From: Escherichia coli phage KS_S14
Strand: one strand, 5' to 3'
Sequence record: LC788706.1
DNA: 64,000 bases
Shown: piece by piece, positions 29,268-38,847 of the stretch
Layout of the letters: the number at the start of each line of letters is the position of its first letter
Numbering within the stretch: position 1 is the stretch's first letter
Notes under the pieces: model-generated
Told to the model about the DNA's origin: nothing
What the model saw: only the letters and a program-made list of their open reading frames with translations
Databases searched by the model: none
Position numbers and translations under genes: made by a program

Positions 29268-31036
29268 ATGGTAACTAAAACAGTAATTCCTACGGATATT
29301 ACAAAACTTAAAAATGAGTCACTTAATAAAAATAATAACCTGAGTGACTTAGCAGACCGTGCAGCAGCATGGCTAAATGTGCGTCCTATTGGATCTACCC
29401 CTCTTGCTGGAGATCCTGTTAGTGACTATGATGCCGCAACTAAGCGTTGGGTGGAGAACAAACTTAATACTGGCACAGTAGGACCCACAATGAATGGTGT
29501 TATGAACTACGGGGTGGGGGATTTTCATCTTCGAGATAGCCGTGCGTATATTCAACCTTATGAGGTAGTTTCTGATGGGCAGCTTCTTAACAGGGCTGAC
29601 TGGCCTGAACTTTGGGCGTATGCACAAATGGTTGGAGCTATAGATGATTCAGTTTGGTTAGCAGATGTAGGACAACGTGGGAAATATTCTACGGGAGATG
29701 GTACCACTACTTTCCGCGTCCCAGATCGTAATGGTGTGCAACTAAATTCAATCAAAGGGTTATTCGCTCGTGGTGACGGTGGGGGGATGCTGGTCAAGCT
29801 GGTTCAATATCAGAAGCTGCAGCACCCAATATTACTGGTAGTTTTCCTGGCGCTATTGCTGGTGCATATGAAGAAGCGCTTAATAGATATTCATCTAGAT
29901 TTGGTCTTATTGGGGCGATTGGTGGTGAAAACGGCTTAGGTGCCGCTCCTGGAGGTGCATCTAAATCATTCGCCGTAGTTAATCCTGATAACCAATACGG
30001 ATTTAGTTTTGATGCAAACTTAGCGGACCCTGTTTATGGGCGTTATGGAATAAAAGGTACTATTATTCCAAACAGCTTTATAGGTGTCTGGGTAATCCGT
30101 GCTTCTGGTGGGTTCGTGGCTGCAAAGACTTCGTGGAGTGTTATTAGTGGTGATGCTGTCAAACCTAATACTGGTACTACTGTTTATGGCGGGAGTGTAC
30201 TATCTGAGTATAAAGTAGGTACTAGTAGTGAGGCTGTAAGTACACTACGAGCTAAAGCTACTATTGGTGGCACCTACTCTACTGAACTACTAATAGACAA
30301 TAAATCTACCGGTAAATCGAATTCCGCCCAGCTTGTAGATAATGGGGATTTTGTAACGGATCGTTTTAAAGCTAGATTAGTTACTGGCATGGCGTGGTCT
30401 CAGACTGGCTGGGTACAAGGTACTCTTTCTCAGAACGAGGTCAATATAGGTAGTACATTTAACTTTAATAGTATATTGAGCGGTTCCCAGTCTTCTTCCG
30501 CAGGGTATAAGACATCTGCACATTTTGGATTAATTCATAATGACTTAGGCTCATTTGCAGATTCTTGTTGGCAGGTAGCGGGAGATGATGATAATAAATT
30601 TGGTGTGCGTTTAAAAATTCAGCCGAATAATAATAGTATTTATTTTTATTCTTGGTGGCCAGGTGCTTCAGCAACCTATACTTTGCAATTAAATGCTGTA
30701 TCTGATTCTCGCTTAAAGCATGATATTAAGGCTATAGACGCAACTAAGTCCATCGAGGTATTAAAAGGATTAGAATTCCAATCCTTTGTATATAATAACG
30801 ATGAAAAATCTCGTGTCCGACGTGGGGTTATTGCTCAGCAAGTAGAGACTATAGAACCACTTTATGTAAAAACTAGAAAATTTTATAATGATGACGGAAT
30901 AGAGCAGGAGCAAAAGGAATTAGATACAACTCCAATGCTTCTTGACACTATGCATGTTGTGCAAGATCTTATTAAACGGATTGAAGATCTAGAGAAAGAG
31001 CTTGAGCAATTAAAGGTACAATTAGTATCACAATAA
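29268..31036 (+). CDS. Tail fibre protein with phage-tail-collar domain and C-terminal intramolecular-chaperone (S74-like) domain; reading frame interrupted at a G6 run
   Basis: N-terminal part (29268..29939) carries a collar-type motif (RADWPELWAYAQ...TTFRVPDRNG); C-terminal part (30116..31036, other frame) ends in a chaperone-like segment (SDSRLKHDIKAID...). The second frame is open from 29777, and a 1-nt shift at GGGGGG (29781-29786) joins both parts into about 589 aa. Confidence 0.6.
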
Positions 31037-31037
31037 A

Positions 31038-31078
31038 AGAAAACCCCAGTGGACAAAATCCACTGGGGTTTATTATTT
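31038..31078. terminator. Bidirectional rho-independent terminator between the convergent fibre and dut genes
   Basis: CCCCAGTGG-loop-CCACTGGGG hairpin flanked by an A-run upstream and a T-run downstream. Confidence 0.6.
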
Positions 31079-31092
31079 ATTTTATATGTAGA

Positions 31093-31539
31093 TTACTTAC
31101 TTCCTGAACTTCCAAATCCTCCTTCTCCACGTACAGTCTCTTCTAACTCATCAACGATTTCAAAATTATGAGTTGAGTAATGTGGCAATACCACTAGCTG
31201 ACAAAGTCTCTCGAAATTCTCCAGAGTTTGCATTTCAGAACCGTAATTATAGAGGTTCATCTTAATAGTACCACGATAGTCTGAGTCGATCACCCCTGCG
31301 GTGTTTGCAATCATCAAATAGCGCTTACCTAAAGAGCTACGAGGAACCACCAAACCGAACCAACCTCGCGGAATTTCTACCGCGACACCGGTGTCAATCA
31401 TTAGGGATTTGCCTGGCGCAATAGCACGTAAATCTGCGGCAGGGTTTGTACCAAAGAATGCTCGCAGATCCATACCTGCGGCATCTTCGGAACCAATCTT
31501 AGGCATACAATCTGGATTAGTTAATTTAATTTTAATCAT
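31093..31539 (-). CDS. dut: dUTP pyrophosphatase
   Basis: Conserved dUTPase motifs (AAGMDLRA, PRSSLGK, GVIDSDYRG, RGEGGFGSSG); 148 aa. Confidence 0.9.
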   Translation of the reverse strand: MIKIKLTNPDCMPKIGSEDAAGMDLRAFFGTNPAADLRAIAPGKSLMIDTGVAVEIPRGWFGLVVPRSSLGKRYLMIANTAGVIDSDYRGTIKMNLYNYGSEMQTLENFERLCQLVVLPHYSTHNFEIVDELEETVRGEGGFGSSGSK

Positions 31540-32411
31540 TGTTCTGCAATCTCCAAAATATCTTTTGTAAACTTATCTAATACATCTTGACCTACAGCAG
31601 CAATAGCGTCCACACAGTAGGTAGGTAAATCAACTAAAATTAGGTTTCGATAAAGCAATTCTTCCGAAGCATTTAAATTCTGTATATATTTCTGTTTTCC
31701 AGGTAGTGGAAGCTGATCAATAATATCCAGAACGTTACCAAATTCACGAATAATATTATACCCGCGTTTTGCCCCAATACCTTCAACACCACGGATATTA
31801 TCCCCTAAATCACCCATAATTGCTTTCAGAGAGATAAACTGCTCTACATCGTCAACATTATGGTGCTCATACATATCACGAAGATGATATTCACGACGTG
31901 TTGTAAAAGAGAAGCGAGAAACTTTATCAGTTAATAAAGTATCCCAGTCACCATCGGTAGAAATTAGCCAAACATGATCATATAGATGCCCAATCAGCTT
32001 AACAATATAAGCTGCCATATCATCTGCTTCTACACCACGAATAGTGAAGGTTGGGAATGTAGTTTCACATAGTTCGAAAGCATCTTTCAAATACTCGAAA
32101 AACTGCTCATCTAACGCTTTTTCCTCTTCCGTACGCTGAGAGTATTTCTCATCTCGATTCCCTTTATACTCTGGAAGATGCTCTAGGCGGAATGCAGACT
32201 TTCCTTTATCCCCTAAAACTATTGTAGTTCTAGCAGAATAAGATTTTGCTAGAGACTGAATAGTGGAAACATAACTTGAGGCAAATGGTTTTTTACTATT
32301 GTTATGTTTGAAGCGGAAGCCTAAGTTAGTTCCATCAACAATCATTAGGTTACGACGGGAAGCCATTTCAGCTTCCTCTTCTTCAATAAATTTTCCCCAG
32401 GATTTACTCAT
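31536..32411 (-). CDS. Flap endonuclease / 5'-3' exonuclease (T5 D15-like)
   Basis: 291 aa; N-terminal LMIVDGTNLGFRF and acidic metal-binding clusters typical of 5' nucleases; helix-hairpin-helix-like GIGAKRG segment. Confidence 0.9.
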   Translation of the reverse strand: MSKSWGKFIEEEEAEMASRRNLMIVDGTNLGFRFKHNNSKKPFASSYVSTIQSLAKSYSARTTIVLGDKGKSAFRLEHLPEYKGNRDEKYSQRTEEEKALDEQFFEYLKDAFELCETTFPTFTIRGVEADDMAAYIVKLIGHLYDHVWLISTDGDWDTLLTDKVSRFSFTTRREYHLRDMYEHHNVDDVEQFISLKAIMGDLGDNIRGVEGIGAKRGYNIIREFGNVLDIIDQLPLPGKQKYIQNLNASEELLYRNLILVDLPTYCVDAIAAVGQDVLDKFTKDILEIAEQ

Positions 32412-32893
32412 TATTTAATTAAGTCCTCAACAGATGCATGATGTAGCCACGGTTCAAATAAACCAATTACGATTTCCATGTCTTTCTTATTTAACACCAT
32501 ATGGGTACGACTCATTAAGTTGTCAACCATCGGGTCTGCGCTATCCAAAGCTATTAACCACTGTCCTCTGTCTTTTTTGAATATTAATGCAGACTTGGAG
32601 TTCATCTGCTCACCTTCACGTGAGCATTGCTGCCACCACTTCTCTAGAGTGGATTCACCGACATTAAATAAATTACTTGATATATTATCATCTTTATACC
32701 ACTTAACTTCGAAGCAGTATTTACTAATGTGTCCGCTTTGTGGTGGAAGGTAGATGTCACCTTTCAGTCCGTGGCTCTGGCCAAAAGCACCAGAGCCAGG
32801 AACACGTTCCCACTCAAGACCTGTACGCTCGCGTAGAATATCTCTTACCTGATATTCACCACGTTTACCTTTCTCTCTACTATCTACAGCCAT
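32411..32893 (-). CDS. Putative PD-(D/E)xK-type nuclease (D14-like)
   Basis: 160 aa; GKRGEYQV ... GDIY ... FEVKWYK arrangement is compatible with a resolvase-like nuclease fold; weak. Confidence 0.4.
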   Translation of the reverse strand: MAVDSREKGKRGEYQVRDILRERTGLEWERVPGSGAFGQSHGLKGDIYLPPQSGHISKYCFEVKWYKDDNISSNLFNVGESTLEKWWQQCSREGEQMNSKSALIFKKDRGQWLIALDSADPMVDNLMSRTHMVLNKKDMEIVIGLFEPWLHHASVEDLIK

Positions 32894-32896
32894 GTT

Positions 32897-34735
32897 TTAT
32901 TCTAAGTAGGAAAATCCTTCTGCATCTTTTTTGACAGTAATCTTATGGGCCAATGGATGCGTATGCCCATGAGAAACAATGATAGAGTTTAGACTTTCTT
33001 CCTCATTTAATAATTCAACAAGGGTGTCAAGTCCTTTCGTATCAATAAAGCTAATTACTTCATCAAGGAATAGAAGATTAATATTAACTTTACTAATAGA
33101 TGTTAGTAGCATTCGAATAGCTAACAGAGTTGCTAGGTTGATTCGACTTTGCTGACCAGTAGAGCAGTTCTCCATACTGGTACGGTTTCCATCATTGAAG
33201 ATTACTACTTGTAATTTTGTTTCATCAAGTTCAAATCCAAGTGCGAACTTACCACCAGTCATAATGGAAAGGTATTTATTAATTAGTTCTTCAAATACTT
33301 TCACACTATGCTCTAGCTTATACCCTACCAGATTTTTCAATGCGGCGATCAGAATATCGAGATCAGCAACAGCTTCTGATACTTCATCCAGTTTGGAAGT
33401 AATCTCAGACATTTCTGCCTCAGCTTTCTCAATCTGTTCTAGTTTCGCTTTATATTTTGCATTGGCTAATTCAACATTTGCATTATGCTCTTTGGCAATT
33501 GCAACCTTAGAACGTCCATCAGCAATTTCCTGTTCTAATTGTCGTATTTGCACCTGTAGGTTTTGCACATTGAGTTCTTCAAAAGAAGCATCACTCATTG
33601 AATTTTTGAACTCGTCTCTAGCTGCTACTGCTTTATCCAAAGCATCCTTTGCTCTAATATACGTAGTGTACTCAAGTTGTTCTTTCTTCAGCTGTTCTAG
33701 CTTGGTTTCAAGAGATTGCTTCTCTTTGAACAGAGGATCATATTCTGTTCTAGCCATATCCATTGCTTTTTGAGCAGCAGTTGTATCCAGGTGAGTACCA
33801 CAAGTAGGACATTCAGTATTTGAAGCCTCTTGCTTGAACTTCTGATAACGTTTCTTGACTTCGCCCGCACGTGAGGTCACAATCGTTAGGTCACGCGTAA
33901 CACTCGAGATCTCTTCATTTTGGTCGGTGGGCGCAGGCAAATTTTTGAAAGGCTCGAAAGATTGTTCGGCAACTTGTACAGCTTTGTCCAAATTACGCAA
34001 TTTAGTAATATTAGCCTCTTGAGACTTGGCTAATGCCGCCTTAATTTTCGATTCTGTAAGTTCTTGTGCTAATGGTTCTTCATCAAATTCTGGTACTTCG
34101 ACTGGTTCTTGTAAGGTTCCCAAGTTATTCTTTCCATTAAGGATTTTTGTAATTACAGCCATTTGGCCCTGCAAATTATTTAAGGTATTTGCTATTTCTT
34201 TACGGTCAGCCTTAATAGTTTCTGACATTTCTTTATACTGTTCTTGATTGAACAAGTTAACAAGAAAAGCCTTACGTGTTGCATCTGTTGCTTTGAGGAA
34301 GTCTAGATTGGAACCAACAGATTGATAGATTAGTTTAGTGAATGTTTGGAAGTCACCACCCATAATCTCTTCAATCATCTTGTACGTTTGAGTTGCTGTG
34401 TGTCCACTGATATCTTCTCCATTCTTAATCAGTGTAACCTTAGCAGTTGATTTAACTACTTTATGCAATTCATACTCATCTTCATCTTTCGAGAAGTAAG
34501 CATGCATATCATACTCTTTCTTCGGAGAACCCCAAGAGAATAGGGCGTCCTTCTTGATACCACGTGAGTTCTTGTTATAAAACAATTCCTCAATAACAGT
34601 AGCAATAGTGGACTTCCCTAGACCGTTTCCTCCGATTAACTGAGTAACTGGATTCTTATCGAAATGAATTACGATGTCCCTACCGTAAGACATAACGTTA
34701 CTAAATTTTAGTGTCTTAATTGTAATCTTTGACAT
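32897..34735 (-). CDS. SbcC/Rad50-like recombination ATPase (D13-like)
   Basis: Walker A (GGNGLGKST), long coiled-coil middle, CxxC zinc hook (CPTCG), C-terminal Walker B (LLFLDEV). Start moved to internal ATG at 34735, overlapping the SbcD-like gene end. Confidence 0.8.
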   Translation of the reverse strand: MSKITIKTLKFSNVMSYGRDIVIHFDKNPVTQLIGGNGLGKSTIATVIEELFYNKNSRGIKKDALFSWGSPKKEYDMHAYFSKDEDEYELHKVVKSTAKVTLIKNGEDISGHTATQTYKMIEEIMGGDFQTFTKLIYQSVGSNLDFLKATDATRKAFLVNLFNQEQYKEMSETIKADRKEIANTLNNLQGQMAVITKILNGKNNLGTLQEPVEVPEFDEEPLAQELTESKIKAALAKSQEANITKLRNLDKAVQVAEQSFEPFKNLPAPTDQNEEISSVTRDLTIVTSRAGEVKKRYQKFKQEASNTECPTCGTHLDTTAAQKAMDMARTEYDPLFKEKQSLETKLEQLKKEQLEYTTYIRAKDALDKAVAARDEFKNSMSDASFEELNVQNLQVQIRQLEQEIADGRSKVAIAKEHNANVELANAKYKAKLEQIEKAEAEMSEITSKLDEVSEAVADLDILIAALKNLVGYKLEHSVKVFEELINKYLSIMTGGKFALGFELDETKLQVVIFNDGNRTSMENCSTGQQSRINLATLLAIRMLLTSISKVNINLLFLDEVISFIDTKGLDTLVELLNEEESLNSIIVSHGHTHPLAHKITVKKDAEGFSYLE

Positions 34736-35693
34736 ATTTCGCAGCTCTAGCCAAGATTCTATCAATGTCGCCTTGAGACAGCTTCTCGACTTCACGGAAG
34801 TAAAGTTCAAGTTCCCCTAACATATCAAGATCAACAAGATTTAACTTAGCGTCTTTAGTAACTCGATGGTTAATCTTCTTATCTAACAAATCAGAGTCTT
34901 TAATAGACTTTAATTGAACAACGTCACCAGTAACTTCATAGACTACACGATCATAATCACTAGGTTCCATCTCTTCACCTGCTCCGATTGTTTTACGAAT
35001 CAGTTGTGGTAAATCACCTAGTTCAATCCATTCTACTTTTAATGTGTCGGTATCAATGATAAAGCAACCATTTGTACCTTTTGTGCGTTCTCTATGGAAC
35101 GATGTAGTTAATGGAGATCCTGGGTAGAGAAGTCTAGTAGATCCGATAGTCTGGCTATTAGTATAAGAATGTAAATCGCCAGCAATTACAGTATCATAAC
35201 AGTTGTACTTAGTTAGATCAATTTCTGGTTTTACATGTGGAGGGATTTCACCACGAACATGCGTGAAACATAGTTTTGATACAGGAGGTTTCCACTTAGA
35301 TTTATGGATTTCGTCATATGGAACAATATCAAATTCAGGGGAACGATATGGTTTGGTAATTACTTCCCACTTACCACTCGTTACTTTATTAATAACTCCT
35401 GCATAATGATATAGGCATGAAATAGTCTTAGTTATTAATTCATGATTACCTGTAAATACCATTCCTATATGATCTAGCCTAGACATAAATTTTTCTAGAA
35501 GTTCTACTTCTTCCGACGACGGGTCGGAATGATCAAATAAATCACCACCAATAATATGCAAATCACAGTTATGATTATGGAATATATCATTTAACCGTTC
35601 TCCTAGCATCAGGAAGCGACGCTTCTGCCATTCTTTGGGTATCTTATCTTGGCCCAGCTTAATATGATGATCAGCACTAAATAATATTCTCAT
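34716..35693 (-). CDS. SbcD/Mre11-like nuclease (D12-like)
   Basis: Metallophosphoesterase motifs (SADHH, GGDLFDH, TGNHE, GDLHS); upstream partner of the SbcC-like gene. Confidence 0.8.
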   Translation of the reverse strand: MRILFSADHHIKLGQDKIPKEWQKRRFLMLGERLNDIFHNHNCDLHIIGGDLFDHSDPSSEEVELLEKFMSRLDHIGMVFTGNHELITKTISCLYHYAGVINKVTSGKWEVITKPYRSPEFDIVPYDEIHKSKWKPPVSKLCFTHVRGEIPPHVKPEIDLTKYNCYDTVIAGDLHSYTNSQTIGSTRLLYPGSPLTTSFHRERTKGTNGCFIIDTDTLKVEWIELGDLPQLIRKTIGAGEEMEPSDYDRVVYEVTGDVVQLKSIKDSDLLDKKINHRVTKDAKLNLVDLDMLGELELYFREVEKLSQGDIDRILARAAKYVKDYN

Positions 35694-35697
35694 AAGT

Positions 35698-35728
35698 TAA
35701 AAAGAAAGGGGCCGAAGCCCCTCTATTT
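35698..35728 (-). terminator. Rho-independent terminator (minus strand)
   Basis: AGGGGC-TTCG-GCCCCT hairpin followed on the minus strand by TTTCTTT. Confidence 0.5.
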
Positions 35729-35729
35729 A

Positions 35730-36503
35730 TTAGTCGTCCAGATCGCTTGCAGCTTCTGTGTCAATACCTTTCTGGGAGCCTGCATTGCTATTACCAGATT
35801 TGGCATCATCATCTTTATTCTCACGACCCTCCATGAAGGCTTGAATTGCTTCTTTCTGCTCTTCATAGGTAGGAACCGGATAGGTTTGTTCCAGAGAAGG
35901 AACTTTTTCGAACTTAATGATGTCGCCATCTTCATCACACATAGCTTCACCGATCAGATCTACATCTGCAGCATATTGCTTAGATTCTGCACTGTTAGGA
36001 TCTTGCAGCTTAATCTGGAACTGCATAGCAGCAATCTGCTGTACATCATACTCAGTATCGAAACCTTTACCTTTTTTCTCGATAGAAATATCAATATCAA
36101 ACGGAGTTGCCAGATTCAACTGCTTCATGATAGACTGGATGCCTTTCAGAATAGTAGCCTTGACTTCCATTACTTTCAGTTTGTTATCAGAACGGTCGAT
36201 AACAAAAGCGATATAGTTTTTCTTCGGTTTCAGCGGAACACGATTACCGTCTTTATCCAGCTCTTTCTCGAAGAAGCCCATCTCATGAACCGGATCAGCT
36301 TTACCACGAACAAAGCTCTCTTTGTCACGGTTAAAACGGAGACATTCAAAAGGAGCTACGTTACCCTCTTTATTAGTCAGCCAATAGACATAACGTGGAA
36401 GAACACCAGAAACGATACGGACACGAGTGATACCGTTGTTGAACTTCAGGAATTCGATTTTATCGTTAGAACCGCCAGTAGTTTCGCCCCAAGACTTAGC
36501 CAT
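35730..36503 (-). CDS. Hypothetical early protein with acidic C-terminal tail (D11-position)
   Basis: 257 aa; C-terminus ...DTEAASDLDD is acidic like SSB-type tails; function not established. Confidence 0.4.
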   Translation of the reverse strand: MAKSWGETTGGSNDKIEFLKFNNGITRVRIVSGVLPRYVYWLTNKEGNVAPFECLRFNRDKESFVRGKADPVHEMGFFEKELDKDGNRVPLKPKKNYIAFVIDRSDNKLKVMEVKATILKGIQSIMKQLNLATPFDIDISIEKKGKGFDTEYDVQQIAAMQFQIKLQDPNSAESKQYAADVDLIGEAMCDEDGDIIKFEKVPSLEQTYPVPTYEEQKEAIQAFMEGRENKDDDAKSGNSNAGSQKGIDTEAASDLDD

Positions 36504-36780
36504 ATTTTATTTCCTCTTTAAAGATTAATTTCGATTTGTTAATTGCGATTAGTGGGTTAGTGTCGATTACTAAACGTGGTATCCATACTGGAACATATTG
36601 TATGTTCAAACTAGGATCGTTTGTAAACTTGTATTCGGCATAATTTCGTAGACTTAAAATTCCTAGATATTCTGCCAGTTGTCTATTAGACAATTTATTT
36701 GGATTATCAACTATTGTTGACTCATTCAAAATGAATGAGTAACCGACCAATAATTGGTGAACATCAGGCTCTATGAGCAT
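36496..36780 (-). CDS. Hypothetical protein
   Basis: 94 aa; preceded by an early-type promoter copy. Confidence 0.4.
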   Translation of the reverse strand: MLIEPDVHQLLVGYSFILNESTIVDNPNKLSNRQLAEYLGILSLRNYAEYKFTNDPSLNIQYVPVWIPRLVIDTNPLIAINKSKLIFKEEIKYG

Positions 36781-36862
36781 TCTTTTGAATAACTTAATAA
36801 TTAGGTCGGAATTTCCTCTAGCTAGTAAGTATAGCTTTTCATAATCGAAGAATTTAATTTTT

Positions 36863-36997
36863 GTTTTCTCCTCGAATTTATGTATATATTATACTAGATT
36901 TCGAGAGAATTTAGCAACTAAAATTTTTATTTTTCTGCTTCGGACTTTCTTATCAATCCGAAACTTTCTCTCTCAAATTTATGTATATATTATACAT
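36863..36997 (-). promoter_or_regulatory. Two copies of a roughly 21-bp early promoter core (..AATTTATGTATATATTATAC..) about 110 bp apart
   Basis: Copies at 36865-36884 and 36976-36995; on the minus strand each reads GTATAATATATACATAAATT, containing TATAAT. Confidence 0.45.
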
Positions 36998-37000
36998 CAT

Positions 37001-38353
37001 TTATGAGCTGTTGCCAAATGCAATTTTAGCTAATTGAACTGCTTTCTCAGGAGTCATGGTAATAGTTTTCCACCCATTGTTACGATATACTGCCATACGT
37101 CCAGAAGCCTGCCTTAGTCCAGTGCCACCTTTCATAATTAGATCTACAACAATAGGGTCGAGTTTACCATCGACAATACGTTGAACACGTCCTGCAAGCT
37201 GTTCAATGAGAGATTCATTATTAATGAGGCTTCCCATTATTAAACAAGACAGCTCATTAAGGGAAATACCTTCAGAGAAGATACTTTGAGCTGCTGCAAG
37301 TACACAAGGCCCACCTTTTGCTATATCTTCCTGAATTTTTAATCGGTCATCCAAGTGAGTTGCCCCTATAATTTCATATGTTGTAACACCACGTTGTGCA
37401 AGAGCTTCTAGTACTGTTTGGATTAACTCTGTTCTATCACTTACAATGAGTACTTTATGTCCCATATTCACATATAAATGTGCTAGGTTTATAATAGTTT
37501 CTCGATATTCAGGATGATTATACACATCATTAGCACGTAATGCCCACGGTACGTTTTGGTTTCCAGACAACTCAACTGGTACGGAGTACCTGTGGATTGT
37601 AGGTGCAACAGTATTATTAACCGGTGGGCTAAAGATCTTATATCCAAAGAAATCTTTGAACATAACTTGTAGACCATCTTTACGTTTTAATGTTCCAGAT
37701 AGCCCAATCTTATAGCGAGCACATGATATTTCTAGGAAGTTAGTGAAAGTTGTAGCCACACAATGGTGAACTTCATCAACTATAACAGTACCGAATACTT
37801 TAGAAAGATTATTCGCATGTTTATTCACTGTTTGAATATTACTGACTACAATTGGTGGATCAATATTGTATTTCCCAGAACCTATAATACCTGGCTCAAA
37901 TCCAAACCATTTACGAACTTCTGCTGCCCACATCTCACGAATAGATGTGTTAGTACAAATTACCAGAGTTTTCTGGCCAAATTTATACGCAAGTGCAAGG
38001 GCTAGGATAGTTTTGCCAAATCCAGGCTTACCATTAATAATACAGGTATCATCACACTCTTCATATATTGGGAGCTGGTCTTCTTCACGCAGCTTGAACT
38101 TAGGTTTTGGTATATCTACCGGAGCTAATGTGCGTTTATCGACTAATTCGTATTTTACTCCTTTAGCATCTAGTAAGTCCAGACGCGTAATAGGAATCCA
38201 CTTAATCTCTTTGGCAACAACACCACTATTCTTATACATAATAGGGTATTTACTAGTCATTGTCTCAATGTGATAAGTGGTTTGCTTACTACAATAATCC
38301 CAAAGTTCATCATCGGGCTTGAAATAGGCTTTATTAGATATAACAACCTTCAT
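37001..38353 (-). CDS. DNA helicase, SF2 (D10-like)
   Basis: Walker A (GKPGFGKT), DEVH box (VIVDEVHH), C-terminal helicase motifs; 450 aa. Confidence 0.8.
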   Translation of the reverse strand: MKVVISNKAYFKPDDELWDYCSKQTTYHIETMTSKYPIMYKNSGVVAKEIKWIPITRLDLLDAKGVKYELVDKRTLAPVDIPKPKFKLREEDQLPIYEECDDTCIINGKPGFGKTILALALAYKFGQKTLVICTNTSIREMWAAEVRKWFGFEPGIIGSGKYNIDPPIVVSNIQTVNKHANNLSKVFGTVIVDEVHHCVATTFTNFLEISCARYKIGLSGTLKRKDGLQVMFKDFFGYKIFSPPVNNTVAPTIHRYSVPVELSGNQNVPWALRANDVYNHPEYRETIINLAHLYVNMGHKVLIVSDRTELIQTVLEALAQRGVTTYEIIGATHLDDRLKIQEDIAKGGPCVLAAAQSIFSEGISLNELSCLIMGSLINNESLIEQLAGRVQRIVDGKLDPIVVDLIMKGGTGLRQASGRMAVYRNNGWKTITMTPEKAVQLAKIAFGNSS

Positions 38354-38847
38354 AATTTTATTCTAAGTCTAGGAATTTCAGGCTCCTCTTGATGGACTTG
38401 ATAAATAACAGGGCTATTATTTACCAGAATATAGCTTATATAAGCTGGAACATAGGATAATACAAATGGATAAGGAACTTTAGCCACATAGCATTGGTAT
38501 TTTCCATTATAAATTCTAGCTGAATGCAAAACTTTAGAGGTGACAACATCATAGAACGTAGTTTTCTTCCAGTTAATAAGATTTCCATCAGAATCTATAA
38601 ATTGGCTACGCTTTGACCCAACTAATTGAGACAACATTGATATTCTACCTCTAATAGGGTAGAGCTTGTATGGTAATTCTTTCCGTTTCTCAAATAGAAT
38701 AAGTCTACGTTGAGAAAACGTGCCAGGCAACTTCCTGTTATCTAGCACATATTTATTATATCTTGTTGTAATTACGGAATAATCACCTTCTTGCTCAATT
38801 GATACAAACGCCCGTAAAGCATATACGGGCAATTTGAAATTAAGCAC
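38350..38847 (-). CDS. Hypothetical protein
   Basis: 165 aa; overlaps polymerase stop and helicase start. Confidence 0.4.
   Translation of the reverse strand: MLNFKLPVYALRAFVSIEQEGDYSVITTRYNKYVLDNRKLPGTFSQRRLILFEKRKELPYKLYPIRGRISMLSQLVGSKRSQFIDSDGNLINWKKTTFYDVVTSKVLHSARIYNGKYQCYVAKVPYPFVLSYVPAYISYILVNNSPVIYQVHQEEPEIPRLRIKL

Noticed and set aside
33195-33773. 192-aa plus-strand ORF
   Set aside because: Antisense to the coiled-coil region of the SbcC-like gene; Ser/Cys-rich low-complexity product with no start context.
35841-36521. 226-aa plus-strand ORF (and 99-aa ORF at 35917..36216)
   Set aside because: Antisense to the 257-aa early gene; no RBS and implausible composition.
36780-37000. 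Short direct repeats that could be mistaken for a CRISPR array or mobile-element ends
   Set aside because: Only two copies, AT-rich, each containing a TATAAT box in front of a gene: these are duplicated promoter cores.
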